The notes under the pieces are model-generated. The model ran no database searches. It saw nothing but the letters and a program-made list of their open reading frames with translations, and was not told where the DNA came from. From assembly GCA_036172245.1 (NCBI GenBank), contig JAYWIR010000036.1, positions 1,364,001-1,428,000 on the forward strand: a stretch of 64,000 bases of DNA. Reading direction: 5' to 3'. Below are positions 13,501-27,336 of the stretch, in pieces. This stretch comes from Raillietiella orientalis (lineage: Eukaryota). The first letter of the stretch is position 1. The number at the start of each line of letters is the position of its first letter. Both the position numbers and the translations under genes were made by a program.

Positions 13501-16500
13501 TTCACTATCATGCAAACGATTTTGTAGTTCTGCAATTTCTGTCTCCAAACCATTCCCCTTGTCTTGTAATTCAGACATCTGGAATGATGTGAACCATGCA
13601 CTCTGATAAATGATTTAACCTTTATGGAGATGAGATGATGATCTTGTTCCAGTTTTGTAACCAGATTATGTAACTGCTTATTTTCAGCAACTAAATCTGC
13701 ATTCGCTTTTATAGTTGCACTGTCAATTTTTCCTTCACCTAAATGCATAGCATGCATGACAAGATAATAATGCAATCGTAGGAATCAAATAAAAATATAG
13801 CTTACTGGTTTATTCATAAAAAACATTGGTTTCAATAAAAAGAATGAAAAATAACAACTTTGTACCATCATCATAGTAAATAGAATGGAGTAAAAGCTAT
13901 ATAGGCAAAACTTTTGAATTGTTTGGAATAAACGATAGCCTTTGAAGAAATGCTTTAAGAAACATTCAAACTCAACAAAGGATCAAGTGACAATACCAAG
14001 ATACTGTGAAAATACATTACTATATTTCTACAACACTTCCATAAAAGCATGCATCATAGATACTTTAAGAACATACGAAAATGTGGAAATGAAGAATGGA
14101 TAATTCAGATGACCAGAAAATTTTCATAATGAAATCAGTAAAACAATGCATTTCAAAATCATTAGATAATAATATAAGACTATGCAAATAATACGCAAAC
14201 TTAAACTATCATCAAATTTAGAGAATGTACAAAGTATCAATGATTCTGATGTTTCATAGTAATGTTCTTAAAAGCATTAAAAATGATGTTTGCAACATTA
14301 CATCAGAACTGTCTTGGTAATCCACTGGAATGCACACAGTACTCAACTATCAAATAGTGCTTTAAAAAACCTGTATTAACCTTTTGTTTACTCTTGGATT
14401 GAAAGAAAATTAGGATACAACTATGCTGAAGTCAACTGCTGTCAAAAGATGATGAACAAGAACAATAAATGTATTCTTACCACTCATTCCACAGTTCTTA
14501 GTTTTATTTCACGAAATTTATTTGCTACAGTAATATTGCATAAAATAAATTAAAATCACACACACATACACAATATGAGCACATAGTATTTTGATGTTGA
14601 GAATGTGTTAAGAATTAAGCATATGTACCTTCCACAACTGGAACTTTTATGAGATACAGCATGAATACAACAGATTATCAAAAAAAAAAGCACAACTAAA
14701 AATGCAATTACTCATTCTTAGATTGCAAACTTTTGTATCAAGAAATTTTAGGCATAAGTTATTGAAATTTAGTTTATTTTAAGCGATTTAAATAAAAATG
14801 AAGCAAATGAAAATCACAGTAAATCAAAACCGCCGGTAAATAAATCCTCAGCACTTTCATCAGTTAAAACCTTGCAGTAGACAATAGAAATCCAATCCAT
14901 AATTGCGAATATACTCTAATAAGAGTACACCTGATGTTTCTTCACAAAGGTAGTTTAAGAGTGATTAGATGCAAAACCAAATCTTCTGAAAGTTCGATTA
15001 GTGTAAACAGAAAATAAATACTGTGAACTGTTAACAAAATCTGAAGGCACAAACAAATTCTGCATCAATAAAAACTCACCATGATGAGCTAATTACATTC
15101 AATAACAGGAAAGTAATGACTACTGATTTTGGTTATGTTGCATGCAATAAAAACGAAAAATAACCAAACTTTCACATCTACGCAAGTCAGCAAGGACTTC
15201 AATACAGACAAAATAACTGTACTAAGAAATGCAAACAATCAATACTCCAATGTTTACAGATGAAAACATGTAAAAACCGAGAAAGTTATCATTTGTACAA
15301 TCAAACAATACCAACTAAGCATGACCAAAATGATCAAAAGCTTCAAGAAACATTACAATAATATATGGGGAATAAAAAGAAATGAGACTGCTGGATTATT
15401 GTAGAAATCAAGGAATTTCCCATTTCCTATACAGAAATACGTCGATGTTAACTTGATTTTTTCCAGCAAATACTCATTGAGAAAAGTTATTTACTTTCAA
15501 TTATGACGATTTTTTTTTTGACGAGGTAAATACTTTTAAAACAATTTGCAAGATTTGCAAAAATCGTTTGAAGGTCATAAAAAATGATTGCCGTTTTAAA
15601 AAATACAGCAATCCAATATTAAGAATATTTTTAATTTCATTTTTGACACCCATTTTTCCATTTTCTGCAATAATGCTGAAAAAATATGCAAAGCATTTAA
15701 CAAAATCTGCTTTAAATAAAGCATGATTTAATTCAGCACCACTGATGCATAAAAATAACAGCACACAGAATCAGAAGGAAATACTTTCAATTGAATCGCC
15801 GGAAAACGTTGCATAAAAATGTGTCTTACTGAATGAATGAATATAAGCATAGTATTCATCTTACTAGGACTAAGAAATTTTTGACAAGAAAAATGAAAAA
15901 TACAACTTAATATATATGACACTAAATCACCAGTTAGCACACCTTGATGCTACAAAGTCCCTCAAATAGTCAATGAATAAAGAACTGAAGAAATCGAAAC
16001 AGCGTACAGAAAGACCACTGTGGTGCAAAGTTATTTTTATAAAAAGTGATACCTATTTTAAAATCGGAAAAACTTTCCATACAATAAATTTTTTTCTCAT
16101 ATATGCTCTTTACATTACAAGCCTCGAGCATCTCTATAAAAACGCTGACATGCATTTACTAAGTTAGTATAAATGACTGCTTGGTTGATTATTGCTTACA
16201 ACGAAATTACTTTAAGTTCTGGTTGCTACATGAAATTAACAAATGAAAAATAATAAAATATAATAAAGAATTGAATGCTAATTATAATGATAGTTTTGAA
16301 GCCAACAGCATTTATCATTAAAACTCAACTATAAAACTTAGCTACAATCTACAGAGCTAAAATTTTTAATGGCACACAATCTGATTTTTATTCTATTTTT
16401 TCTTTCAGGTTTTTAATTTGCACTATTCGCAAATGCTCTGGCTTTTCACAAAAAAGAATACTATACTATACGTGTAACATTACAATACATTTGGTAAGTT

Positions 16501-19500
16501 TTCACCTTACATTTACCTACATAAAATAAGTATATAAGATGAAAGAAATGACAACAAAAGTTAACAAATCTTGTGAATACAGAAGTGTTACAGGGATGAT
16601 ATAGAAATTACCTTCATTCTGCAGGAGTAACATCAGTTTTTCATTCCTTTGCTGTAATCTATCAAATGCTTGTAGAATTTTAGCAACAGCACGTTTTGAA
16701 ACTTGAACACGATTAGCTAATTTCTCATCTAATTCTTGTTTGTCCCAAGTAGAAAGTTGTGTTAAAAATGAAGTTGTGGCTTCATTTTCATCTACAATAA
16801 TTTGTTTTTATATTTCTCTTAATATGACTGAACATACTTATATTTTCGGTTTCATCAGCAGTTTCTCTATCAAACCTTAGAAGCATTACTCTTATATCTT
16901 CATTAAGTTGATTCCAATAACGATTGACAACATTCAATACAGCATCATCTTGAGTTTGTCTCTTTTCCAGCTGTTCAATTCGCTGCCTTAATAGACCCTC
17001 CGCATGACACCTTTGCTCTAAACGCTAAAAACATAACAAACGAAAACAATTGATGTTGTACCTTTTTTGTTCACCATATAATGTATAACTGCAATTCAAG
17101 CTACTATGAACTGTTGTATTTACATTTAACAGCACTTACTTTGAACATACTTAATGAAACAAAGCATTTAAAAAAAACTAAAGGAATTCTTTACAGGGCA
17201 TTACAAATGTACGGATTGCTTTGTTACACTCTTCTAACAAATCTGCAAATTTGATAACATTTGATAGCAAAACAAAACTTATGACAACTAATAAAACTGA
17301 ATGCGATGGAAAGAACATTTGTGCACTCTATTCAATATCAGTTTCTTATCACCATCTATATTTGGAAGTTAACATAAAACCTAACAAAACATTTCAAAAG
17401 TTTTTATGATATGTACGTTGAACATTCCTCTACAAAGAATTCAAAAATCGAGACATATGATCAACTGAGCATGTTTTGTATCCTGGTGATATTCATTCTC
17501 TTAAGCCTACTTGGTCCTTAAATGTAATGAATGATTTGAAAACCTTAAGGAACCCAGTATGGTTTTTACTGTACCAAAAATTGGGAATGGAAAGGCACTG
17601 CTTTGACACATTGGCATTTGAATGTCATTAATCTTATTACAAATCTTCAATCATGACAGAAATTCACATGAAATGAAACATGGCAACAAGCATTTAAAAA
17701 TGATGACTGTTAAATCATGAAGTCAATTAGATGTTGTGATTGATCAGAAAAATCTATGGTCTTACCACACATGGAGAAACAAAAAATTGGAAGAAAAAAA
17801 TCAATATGCTAAACAAAGTTTGAAAAGGAAAACTTTACTGATGGAGAACCAAACTGGAAAGACTTCTAATGAAATGACAATATTTTCTGAGAAATCTTAT
17901 TCGGACATACGTTCTAATTATTGCAAAAATTGTTGAATGTTTCCATGAATAAAAAAAAAAATTCAATTTAAGACAAATGATGCAAAATTCTTAATGCTAA
18001 TTACAGCAATCATCATGTAATACATGAATACGTTTTGGCATGGCTTGGAATGCACTCTAACACAAAATTGAATCAAATCTTTACATACAATTGTTCATTT
18101 ATATTTATATGTTTGAGATCGTCAAGTGAACAAATCACAGGGAATTAACAGCTTGCATAAGAGAAAATACTTGCCATTATAAGCACCTTAAATCAAATAC
18201 GACATGTAATTTTTGTAGAATTTTGAACAAACAAATGTCAGGGTGATTGGTATAAAATACTGTAAGTTTTAGAGTGTCTAAATCAATTATCTAAATTAAG
18301 CATAAGAATTAAAATCCTCATTTGAACTTAACAAAGTCTGCAATAAAAGATTAAAAATTGGGATTTATCATACATCCAATTTTTTCCTTTCTCATATTTT
18401 AGCAATATTTTTAGGCTGCTTGAAATTTATGAAATAATTCTGCTACTCACTCGACAATTCATAAACAATGCCAGTAAAACAAACTATGGCAGGTGCTTCC
18501 AAAGACAAGAAGCTTTGTACTCATACTCCAAAATGCACATTATAACGCAACCAAAATGACAGGTATAAACACAACATGATGATATATAGATGTTTTTAAT
18601 TTAAAAGATTCTGGTTTTTGATCCATAAAAGATTTAAAAATGAGCAGTCCAGAAACTGAAGAAATGAATATTGTTAAGTGGTAAAAAAGCTCAGATTGCA
18701 AAAGAAGTCTTGCTTTTTACTAAATGTTCTTCTGAAGACTGCTTGCAAATTAAAACACATAACAAGTGAAATGGAAAGTTTAATAGAGGAAATGATACCA
18801 GAAATAGAAAATCCACATGCAGAGAATCAAATTCCTCTTTCAGAAAAATGCAATGAGGATTCAGGAAACCACAGGATGAGACTACTTACTCGGATAAAAG
18901 ATTATAATTTAATCTTAATCTATATTCTAATATTATATTCTATGAAGCTTCCAATTGCATTTATCATGAACTGAAAACTGATTATAAAAATATAAGAATG
19001 ATCCTAAAAATGATTATAAAACAAAAAGCATTGATGAAAACTTGAAAATTAAGAAAAGCACTGACAGCTACCATCCAGCTACAGCTACTAAACCTGAAGT
19101 TGAAATTCAAACTAACACAATAGTAGTGACCTTAATAATTCGCTGAAGATGAAAGAAAGAAATCACATAAAGCAAAAATACACAAATATACTACTAAGAT
19201 TATAAAGAGAAATTCCATGTAGCAAAAAACAAAGCAGAACACAAGCAATGGAAATTAGAAAACACTGAATAATGATAATTGGATCATACACACCTATTGT
19301 GATCACAGTTTATTCTTTTACATGCATATTTCAAGATTTTTTCTTCCTTGTAAAGGTTCATCCATTTTGTCTTTACATGAATTTATAAATTTTAGACATT
19401 TTGCTATTAGATAACATCTACATTTAAAATACTGTTAATAAATGCGCATTATGACTTAATGTTTTATGCACTAAATATGAATTCTTGCAAATACTCAATT

Positions 19501-19680
19501 ATTTTACCGTCATCATTAATGTAATTGCAACCTTACCTGTGTAAGTTTCTTATTCTGAAACTGAAGTGTCCTCATATTCATTTCTTCTAATGAAGAAACT
19601 GGACCTAAATTGACAGGCTCAAAATGTACTTTTTTCACAGGGGAATGCATATTAGAAGTGTCTGCTGTTCGCTTTGCCAT
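1408..19680 (-). CDS. Bre1: E3 ubiquitin-protein ligase Bre1 (RNF20/RNF40 family, histone H2B monoubiquitination), 16 coding exons, ~935 aa
   Basis: Coding exons with GT-AG boundaries and consistent phases, read on the minus strand: 19537-19680, 16838-17024, 16612-16791, 13620-13738, 13357-13578, 13039-13164, 9988-10161, 8630-8887, 8194-8376, 7894-8078, 6956-7112, 6607-6912, 5332-5524, 5193-5287, 5011-5139, 1408-1557 (2808 nt). The protein starts [10 protein letters not shown]...[10 protein letters not shown]. It contains the Bre1 motifs [34 protein letters not shown] and [22 protein letters not shown], and ends with the [60 protein letters not shown] small extra exon in a long intron cannot be excluded. 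Confidence 0.96.
7555..7612. repeat. (TA)n/(TACA)n low-complexity microsatellite in a Bre1 intron
   Basis: catacatatatatatatgtttatacatatatatatacatacatacacatatacatac, directly after a poly-A run. Confidence 0.7.
11899..11950. repeat. Perfect inverted repeat, 21-bp stem with 10-nt loop, in a Bre1 intron
   Basis: catattcttgcaattctgttg-tacacatatg-caacagaattgcaagaatatg; the arms are exact reverse complements. Confidence 0.9.
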
Positions 19681-22600
19681 TTTTTGCTTTATTCAAAAAA
19701 ATGAAATCTAATACATTTTCATGTGAACTCCATTGGGCAGACAAAGCCTAAAATGTGTTTAGTCAGAAATGAGTACATTTATGCTCTCAACTTCAACTTT
19801 ATGCTCTTAACTTTAAAACAATTACACACAGTCGATTTTTCTTAACTAAAAGATTACTGCATTCAAGTAATCTTGAAAATTCTGGCTACTGACTACTACA
19901 AAATATTTTGTATTTATTTATGGTATCATTGTTGCATTCAAATCCTTGTACCACATACGTTATTCATGCAATTTCCTTTTTAATAAGCAAGGGTTTCGTT
20001 CATGAAATAAATATGAGGATTTTGATATTCTCACATAAGCAAAAAAAAACTATTAATATTTTTAACTGCTCTTAAAAATCAGTGACATTCTCAACACATT
20101 GGATGATTGAGCACACATATTTATTTGGCTTTTCAAAAATCATGAACAACTGTAGTTTGATGTAGTGGTTTTTGTAACGCATGACAGAAAAATGTCACAC
20201 ATTAATTGATTTTTATGTTAAGAAAATAGATGTATGCTCCTCACCTAATATTGCATTTATATAATTTGACATTCCCAGGTTTTCACTGTGAATTCAGTGC
20301 AATCGAATTTCCTAATTTCTCATTTATGTAGAATTGAAATCTAATACATAATAGCATACATAAAATTTAACAGAATGGCATAGAAAAACAATCATGAACA
20401 ATTAGGATCTTATCGTCGTAATTATGAACAATTTTAATTTCTCTATGCAGTATATTTACACAATGAATAATTTTGTATTTGAAAAAAACATCCACATATG
20501 CATGCCACCTCTGAATGATTAAAAAAATATTTGACACACTTTTTTTTAATTTCATTTCCAACACATCAATAATTTTGAAATACATGTATTTCATAATAAT
20601 CATTCGTGCTGATCACTTGTTTTCTTAGTACAAGTACTGCGCATCTTAAAGAAAATAATTAATGCATGCTCGATTTCAGTTACCCTCCAATTCATATATT
20701 CAAGCATAAAATCACAAATTATGTATTTCAAAATTTTATGACCACAGAAATATTTTGCAGAATAATCAAGGCATGAATAAAGAAATATTACCTTGAGATT
20801 TCTTTTAAGACTTGTTTTGATTTACAAATAAAACTTAATATTACATTAATATATACATCAACCATTAACATACTCGCATTCCAGCATGCAGAGCTAGAAA
20901 AACATACGTTTAAATGAATTCGGATACTTACGATAGCTGCAAGAAAACACAGCTATACTTTGTTGCCAAACATTTCAGTCTAAACATTATAGTTCAAGAT
21001 TGCTATAGTTTTCCATCTATGTATTAAAATATAAGGTATTCATTATGCAGCCTTTAAATATCTTAACTCATGAATTTGCACAAATATTGAATTTTCATCA
21101 AAAAGAACCCCAGGCATGAACTTCACGATTGTTACCTAGCTTTTCCAAACGCTACCATGATGAGCTAACTACAAACATATACATTTACAATACAGTGCTA
21201 CCAAGTTTTTCAAGAGAATTTGAAAATTATTAAGAAATGATTATGCTTTTGTACCTCTATTTTCTACCACAATTAAAACTCTAGCCTCTGGAAAAAGACA
21301 TTATTTTCCTATTTTTGATCAACAACTTAAACTTAACTTTTATCTTTGAATTACTTGGTATTATGATGACTGTTAGAAGTCGATTCCATTTTTGTAATAG
21401 TTATTCATAAGTTCAGAAATCTGAAGATATGCACTTACAGGATCAACATAGTGTTTTTCGATACTATTTTACGATAAAAATTGATGTTCTCTTCAAAATG
21501 AAACTTTCCATAGTGCCAATTGAGATAGGCCAACAGTTAATTCACAACTTGTAATAGATTATAGCTGTTAGCATAGAATTTTGAAACAATTACACATCAT
21601 TATTTCTCAGATAGTATCAATGCTTTCTACAACAGTTAGTTTAGGAATCATTTTAACTTTCATCTATTGTCTTCCTTCCAAAAAAATCATTTAAAGCACT
21701 TCATGATATCGAAGCAGTCGTAAAGTAGCTTCCTTGAATTCCCTTTTGCCAGGTTATGGATATCTTTTCTGTTTCCGGAATGCGAGCTCCAATTGTTCCT
21801 AAAAACACAACTGCATTTGAGTGTTAAAATACGACATAGCTAAATATTCGTATAGTTCGAGTATGAATTTTTCATATAATTGAATTTTCAAATGGAAAGA
21901 GATGCACTCACAAAGCCAGTTGACCGCTTGGTTTTTCAATGTCGTTAACTGGAAAAAAAATTTCTACACTCACCAACGATTAATCCGAAATCTTATTGGA
22001 AGAATTGTATTTCGAAAAAGAAGAATAGGGAAAGTGTTTTATTTGACTAGGGTTTTTGTAAATGTGAAATTAAGCACGTGATTTTTATTTGCAGCTTTTT
22101 ATGATACATGAGTTTGTAAATTCAATCGATTTTCAGACTTATTTGATTAATTCGCCTCAAATGGGATGCACGGATTATCATGCCAACTGGGCTAAGCAGG
22201 AAACCCGTATTTGCAAACATAGATCACATCATAGTTGACATATTACTGATAAGTTACATCCACTGCTCGCTTGATTTCTTAATTCTGAGTAGAATGCTTG
22301 ATGTAATGCACAAGTCGATTTAAATTCTATGTCAAATGATGAAAAACCGCAAGTCAGAGCGCTCAATGATTGTATGACATGAACACCGGAAGATACATAC
22401 TCCTTGAATTAAATGACGCAACCTAAAAAAACATCAAATGAATTATGTGAATATTTGAAATTGAGGTTTTGTATATTTGACTGTACTGCATAAAAGTACT
22501 GTTCGAATACTCATTTTTAGGAAACGAATTCTAGGAGCATTTCATCGAATTTGGATAAATAATTGCTTCTTGAATGACGTAATCCATAATCGATGCTTCT

Positions 22601-25600
22601 AATCAATTCTAGCTAATCAAATAACGTGAGCTCTAGATGCACAATCAATAGAATGAAGCTGTAGAAGAGTAAATATGAATTTATTGAATAAAAGGAATAG
22701 TACGGGATTTTTTGTTCTAAGAAATTTTGAGCTGATGATTTATGAGATTTTCTCTGTGGTCGAAGTGTGGATTCCAATAATTGCATTATTTATAGGCAGC
22801 ATCCCATAATCCATCGTTATCAAGGATCAAGGATCCATCCAAGGATCTTACCCAACATATGGTGTGTATCATATATTGAAATATTTCCAAACACAATTAT
22901 ATGACCATCAAGATTAAATGAAAAACAAACCAGTAGTCGCTGATCATTAGTTATTGAAAGTGCAAGTACAGAAGATCATTGCTGTTTAAGTTTTTGTTTA
23001 GTATTTACTTGAGTAATTTTGGGGTATGGTGACTATAAAGTGCCTTTTCCGGAAAATCATTTTGAGAGCTAATGTGTAATCATCCTGTGCACATGGAAGA
23101 TCGTTCACAATTAGTTTATCTAGTAGCAATTAATTTTTTAAAAAGCTTTTTTAAGCTATAAACCTCGCACATACCACACTTATGCTTCCAGCAAATGAAC
23201 AGTTCAAAGTGCTATTGTTCAGAGAAGCTTCACAGAAGCCCATTCGTGATTGTCTCGTGGTTGTTTGTGATGGTCTTTAAACACAAACGACACTGTGGTT
23301 GACGTCGTTTGTATTGTGAACTTCCGCAAGTATACTTTAATGCCAGGATGCTGTAATGTTTGAGACGAATTCAGTATTCCCAAAATCATGCCTCATTCAT
23401 TATAATTATAATATTTTTAAAATTAAACATTATTTCCTTCTCTTCGAATACACAAGTATGAAGTACTGATTTATTATGTTGTATATGTTTGACTTATGTA
23501 CGTTTGTAGCAATCTGAAAGCAAAAAAAAGAGCAAAGTCTATCTCATCCTCTTTTCAATATTTCGCGAGCTAAATGTTTGTGATGTTCGTGCATTTTTTA
23601 GGTGGTGTTCTGAAACATTTAGCAGTAGAGAATATTTAGGACACTGAGTGTGCATATATGATTGTTTAAGCAATGATGATTACTCAACTTATAAAATTAC
23701 TGAACATGTGGATTAAAGCATCATCTTTCATTGCCCTGCGACGTTAATTATTTCACTTTAAGTATGGTATAAAACTTATTTCAAGTGCTTAGGTTAATAA
23801 TTTGACATAGATAAAGCAGGATATCAATGAATAAGTAACTGGGTATTTTATGTTCTCATCTATTAGTTTTTGATGATTTATGACTTTGAAAAACACAACG
23901 CATAAAATTCAGCTGCTCTTTACGTTATCTTTTAAATCGTTTGCTTTTAATACTTTCGTAGGATGATAATGCTTTTCACATTTTACAAGTTTCTTTTAAT
24001 TGCATTTGTATCAGTTGCGGCTCCTTTCTGATTACTGCAGAGGACTCGTCGTAAGGCTTTTTGATGACAAACATATTTTGGGTTTCATATCACCTTTTCT
24101 TTCCGAATTTGTTGCAAATTGCACTGAAAATTTATGTTTTCATATTGAATCAGCTTTGATTTCAAAGCCAGTATCACTGCAGATATCTGTGGAAGGACTG
24201 CGGAGATCTCATATTTCGAAAGCATAAGCATGATATAATCTGAGAAGCACTTGAATCAAGTGTCCTAAATCACAAAGGTGAAAACAGATGAGCATGTAAT
24301 TGCTAACTTATTCTTTCACATATTCCTAATTATGGTCAATTATGAGAACGAATTTTTGAATCTAAGGTTTACATTTTGACGGTCGGGATCCTAGCTTGGA
24401 TCACTTCGCTACCAGCTCCGGCACGTATACGTTGCAATATCGGACTTGTGACTTATTCATGAATCGTCAAGGAATCCTTTCGGGTGGATCAATAAAAGTA
24501 CTGAATGTCAAGCCGTAAATGTACTTTCTTTAAGGGGAAGTGAACCCCACTCCAATCTTTTAAATCATTGTCTCAAAGGATTTTCTCCGCAAAGTGGGTA
24601 CGTGCATTCGCTCATAGAGACCTACATTTTTACCTGTCGGGTTCACTAACATTGGTTGCACAAAGATTTTCAGTTCAGCATACATTGTACATCCCCCGAT
24701 AGAAGCATAATTATTCATTAACATATTCACACTGAAACAGTGCTGCCCTTGTAATTTGGCTAAAAACAGGCCGCATTAAGATTAGAGAATCAGTTCCAAT
24801 ACTAACCTAAAAAAAATGCTTTCGTGTAATTTGCACTTCTGTTTGCGGTAACATTTTTAAAACAAATATTCACAGAGAGATGAATTCCTTCAATTTCCTA
24901 TAAAATTCCTAATAACATAAGGTTGAATTAAGGGAAATGCTGTTTCCTTTTATCTCGTCAGAGATTTGCTTGTTATTGCATACTAAACAATATGTTTGCA
25001 TGGTTTGCAGGATTTGAAATTCCTTCTTGAGCAACACATCCACTCCTATAATCTGATAAAAGCGTGTTCCCTTTATGACTGTCCTGGCAGAACAAAACAA
25101 AAAACATACCCTCCTTTACCAGTTTCATATTTAATTCATTACTACGAAAGCTTGTTGCGAGTCTAGATTGGTATAGAAGATTTGTTGGGAGGCTAAAATA
25201 ATCTCGCCCACACAAATGAATTCGCTAATTACACTTTGGAAAACCAACACGCTGTCAAGTGTTTCTTTCTGAAGGCAAAGGGCTGGCAGATGTTGCTGTG
25301 AAAAAAATCGTACTACAATCTACTCAGAAGCATTCAGTGTATTTTCTGTTTCTAGAAAAACCATGAGCACGGCTTCCGAAAGATCTGGTGGAACTAATCA
25401 AACGCCAAAAGACCCTTCCCCAAATGTTCACCATTTCTGAACTTTACACGGAATAAAAATGGAAACATGGATTTTTAATGTTATTTCGTTGCCTTCAAAT
25501 AGAAGGCAACATCAGCACCTTTGCTTTTGGCATTACTTTTAACAATATTTGCCGTGAAAGTAGCGTGGGTGGATTCCATCTGTAATGCAACAGTTGAGAG

Positions 25601-27336
25601 TGCTACTTTATTATTTTGAAAATTTGAATTTCAATTGTTTTTAAAGTTATCGCATGGCTACCAATCTAAAAGACTGGACGTGTATCATTTTACCGTGTTA
25701 GAGTTGGTGGTCTTACAACGTGAACATTTACATGTTTTCTTCTGACGTGGCATAGAAAAGTACGAGGAGCAACTGCTGTTTGCCGAAACTGAACTGCAGC
25801 TAAGGTGATAACACGTGATATGTGTGGCTAAAATATATTCCATGGAAGTTTTTTTTTTTTTATAGCTGAATGTAAAAAGGCACACAGGGAACATTGGCAT
25901 GTACGCCATTGCAATTAGCCACGAAGTATCAATATAACTACAAAATAGGAAACAACTTTGACTAGTGCGAAACCATCATACGTTTTCTGAAGTAAAAGGT
26001 ATTACTCCATATATGCAAAGACACACTTTACAACACCATACACATCAAGCAAAAATTATTCTTGACAGCTTCATCAGAAACTTTACAAACCTTTTCAATT
26101 AATTAATGTGTTCTTTACGCAGTAACATACAACAAGTGTAAAATGGAACAATCAAATCAAAGTAGTAGTATCAGTTTTCTGGTATCTTCCAGTCTAACAT
26201 GAAACTTGCTGAACCTTAGTCAAACTAATGTAATTAACTGGTGTTCTATTGCAATTTGAGCATAATCATTGATCCACTCAAATCCCATCAGTATGGAACC
26301 CGAATGAAAAATATGTACAACTCGCATCCAGTCATAACATGTTTGACGAAGGCCTTAGCCATATTTACTGAGGTAACAGAATCTTGGGGTAGTGTATTTT
26401 ACCTTTTTATTTAAAAAAATTATTAATCGTAATTTATTAATCATTGTTAGTTCATGCTTTAAACTAAGACTACAAGAAAAAATTTCAAGCTGAAAAACAT
26501 ACACACAAACTGGGTTGAAATCATGTTTTTGCTTCTTTCCTTAAATATTACACATACAAACAAATGCATTTCAGAAACAAAAATTTTGCTGAGTTCTTGA
26601 CATGAAGGAATTGAGGCGTAGATGTACACAGTTTCTAACTTTTCACTTTCTTTAGCATTGCAACAAACCTTTAAAATGTTAATTTGGCTTTTAAAAGACC
26701 TGTTTCAAGTTGCTACAATGATGCATATTTTCAAGTACAATAGCTTCTGATTTTAGAAATGTGCTTTGCAAAGTGAATATAATCTTTGTCACAAATCTGT
26801 AAATATTTTAAGATTGCAAATTTTGGAAGAATGTGCAGAAAACTTTATATGCTGGTTTTTTTGATACATGATGGACATTTTTAGAAACAAACAATTTTGT
26901 AATTATGAACACAATATAATGCGTCATTGTTTGTGGGTGTGTATTGTAATAAAACCTTCCATTAAACACTTATGAAACATACACATATGCATTACGTTTT
27001 TTACAATGATCCTTTCCTAAGGTTAGTTTAAGTTCTAAATACGATGTTCTAACATCTCTTGGAAACATACTTTAATTAGGTTGAATGAGTATGTCCGTTT
27101 CTGCCTATAGTTTGCATTTATCCTCATATTCGTTGCATGTATCAAAACTGGATGGAAAATTATGAATTCAGTTGTATAATTCCACTGATGAAGTATATTT
27201 GCCAGTCACTCCATGGATAAGTGGATAAGCTTTTGTCCTGTGTTTTTCACATTTTCAAACATTTAGCATTTTTTCACTTGAGCAACATGAACACAGAAAG
27301 AACTTCGGATTTAAAATCACAGATTCAAAAATAAAT

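Noticed and set aside
22330..24250. Box C/D snoRNA candidates (several TGATGA ... CTGA pairs)
   Set aside because: I could not match any guide to rRNA, and these motifs are common by chance in AT-rich DNA.
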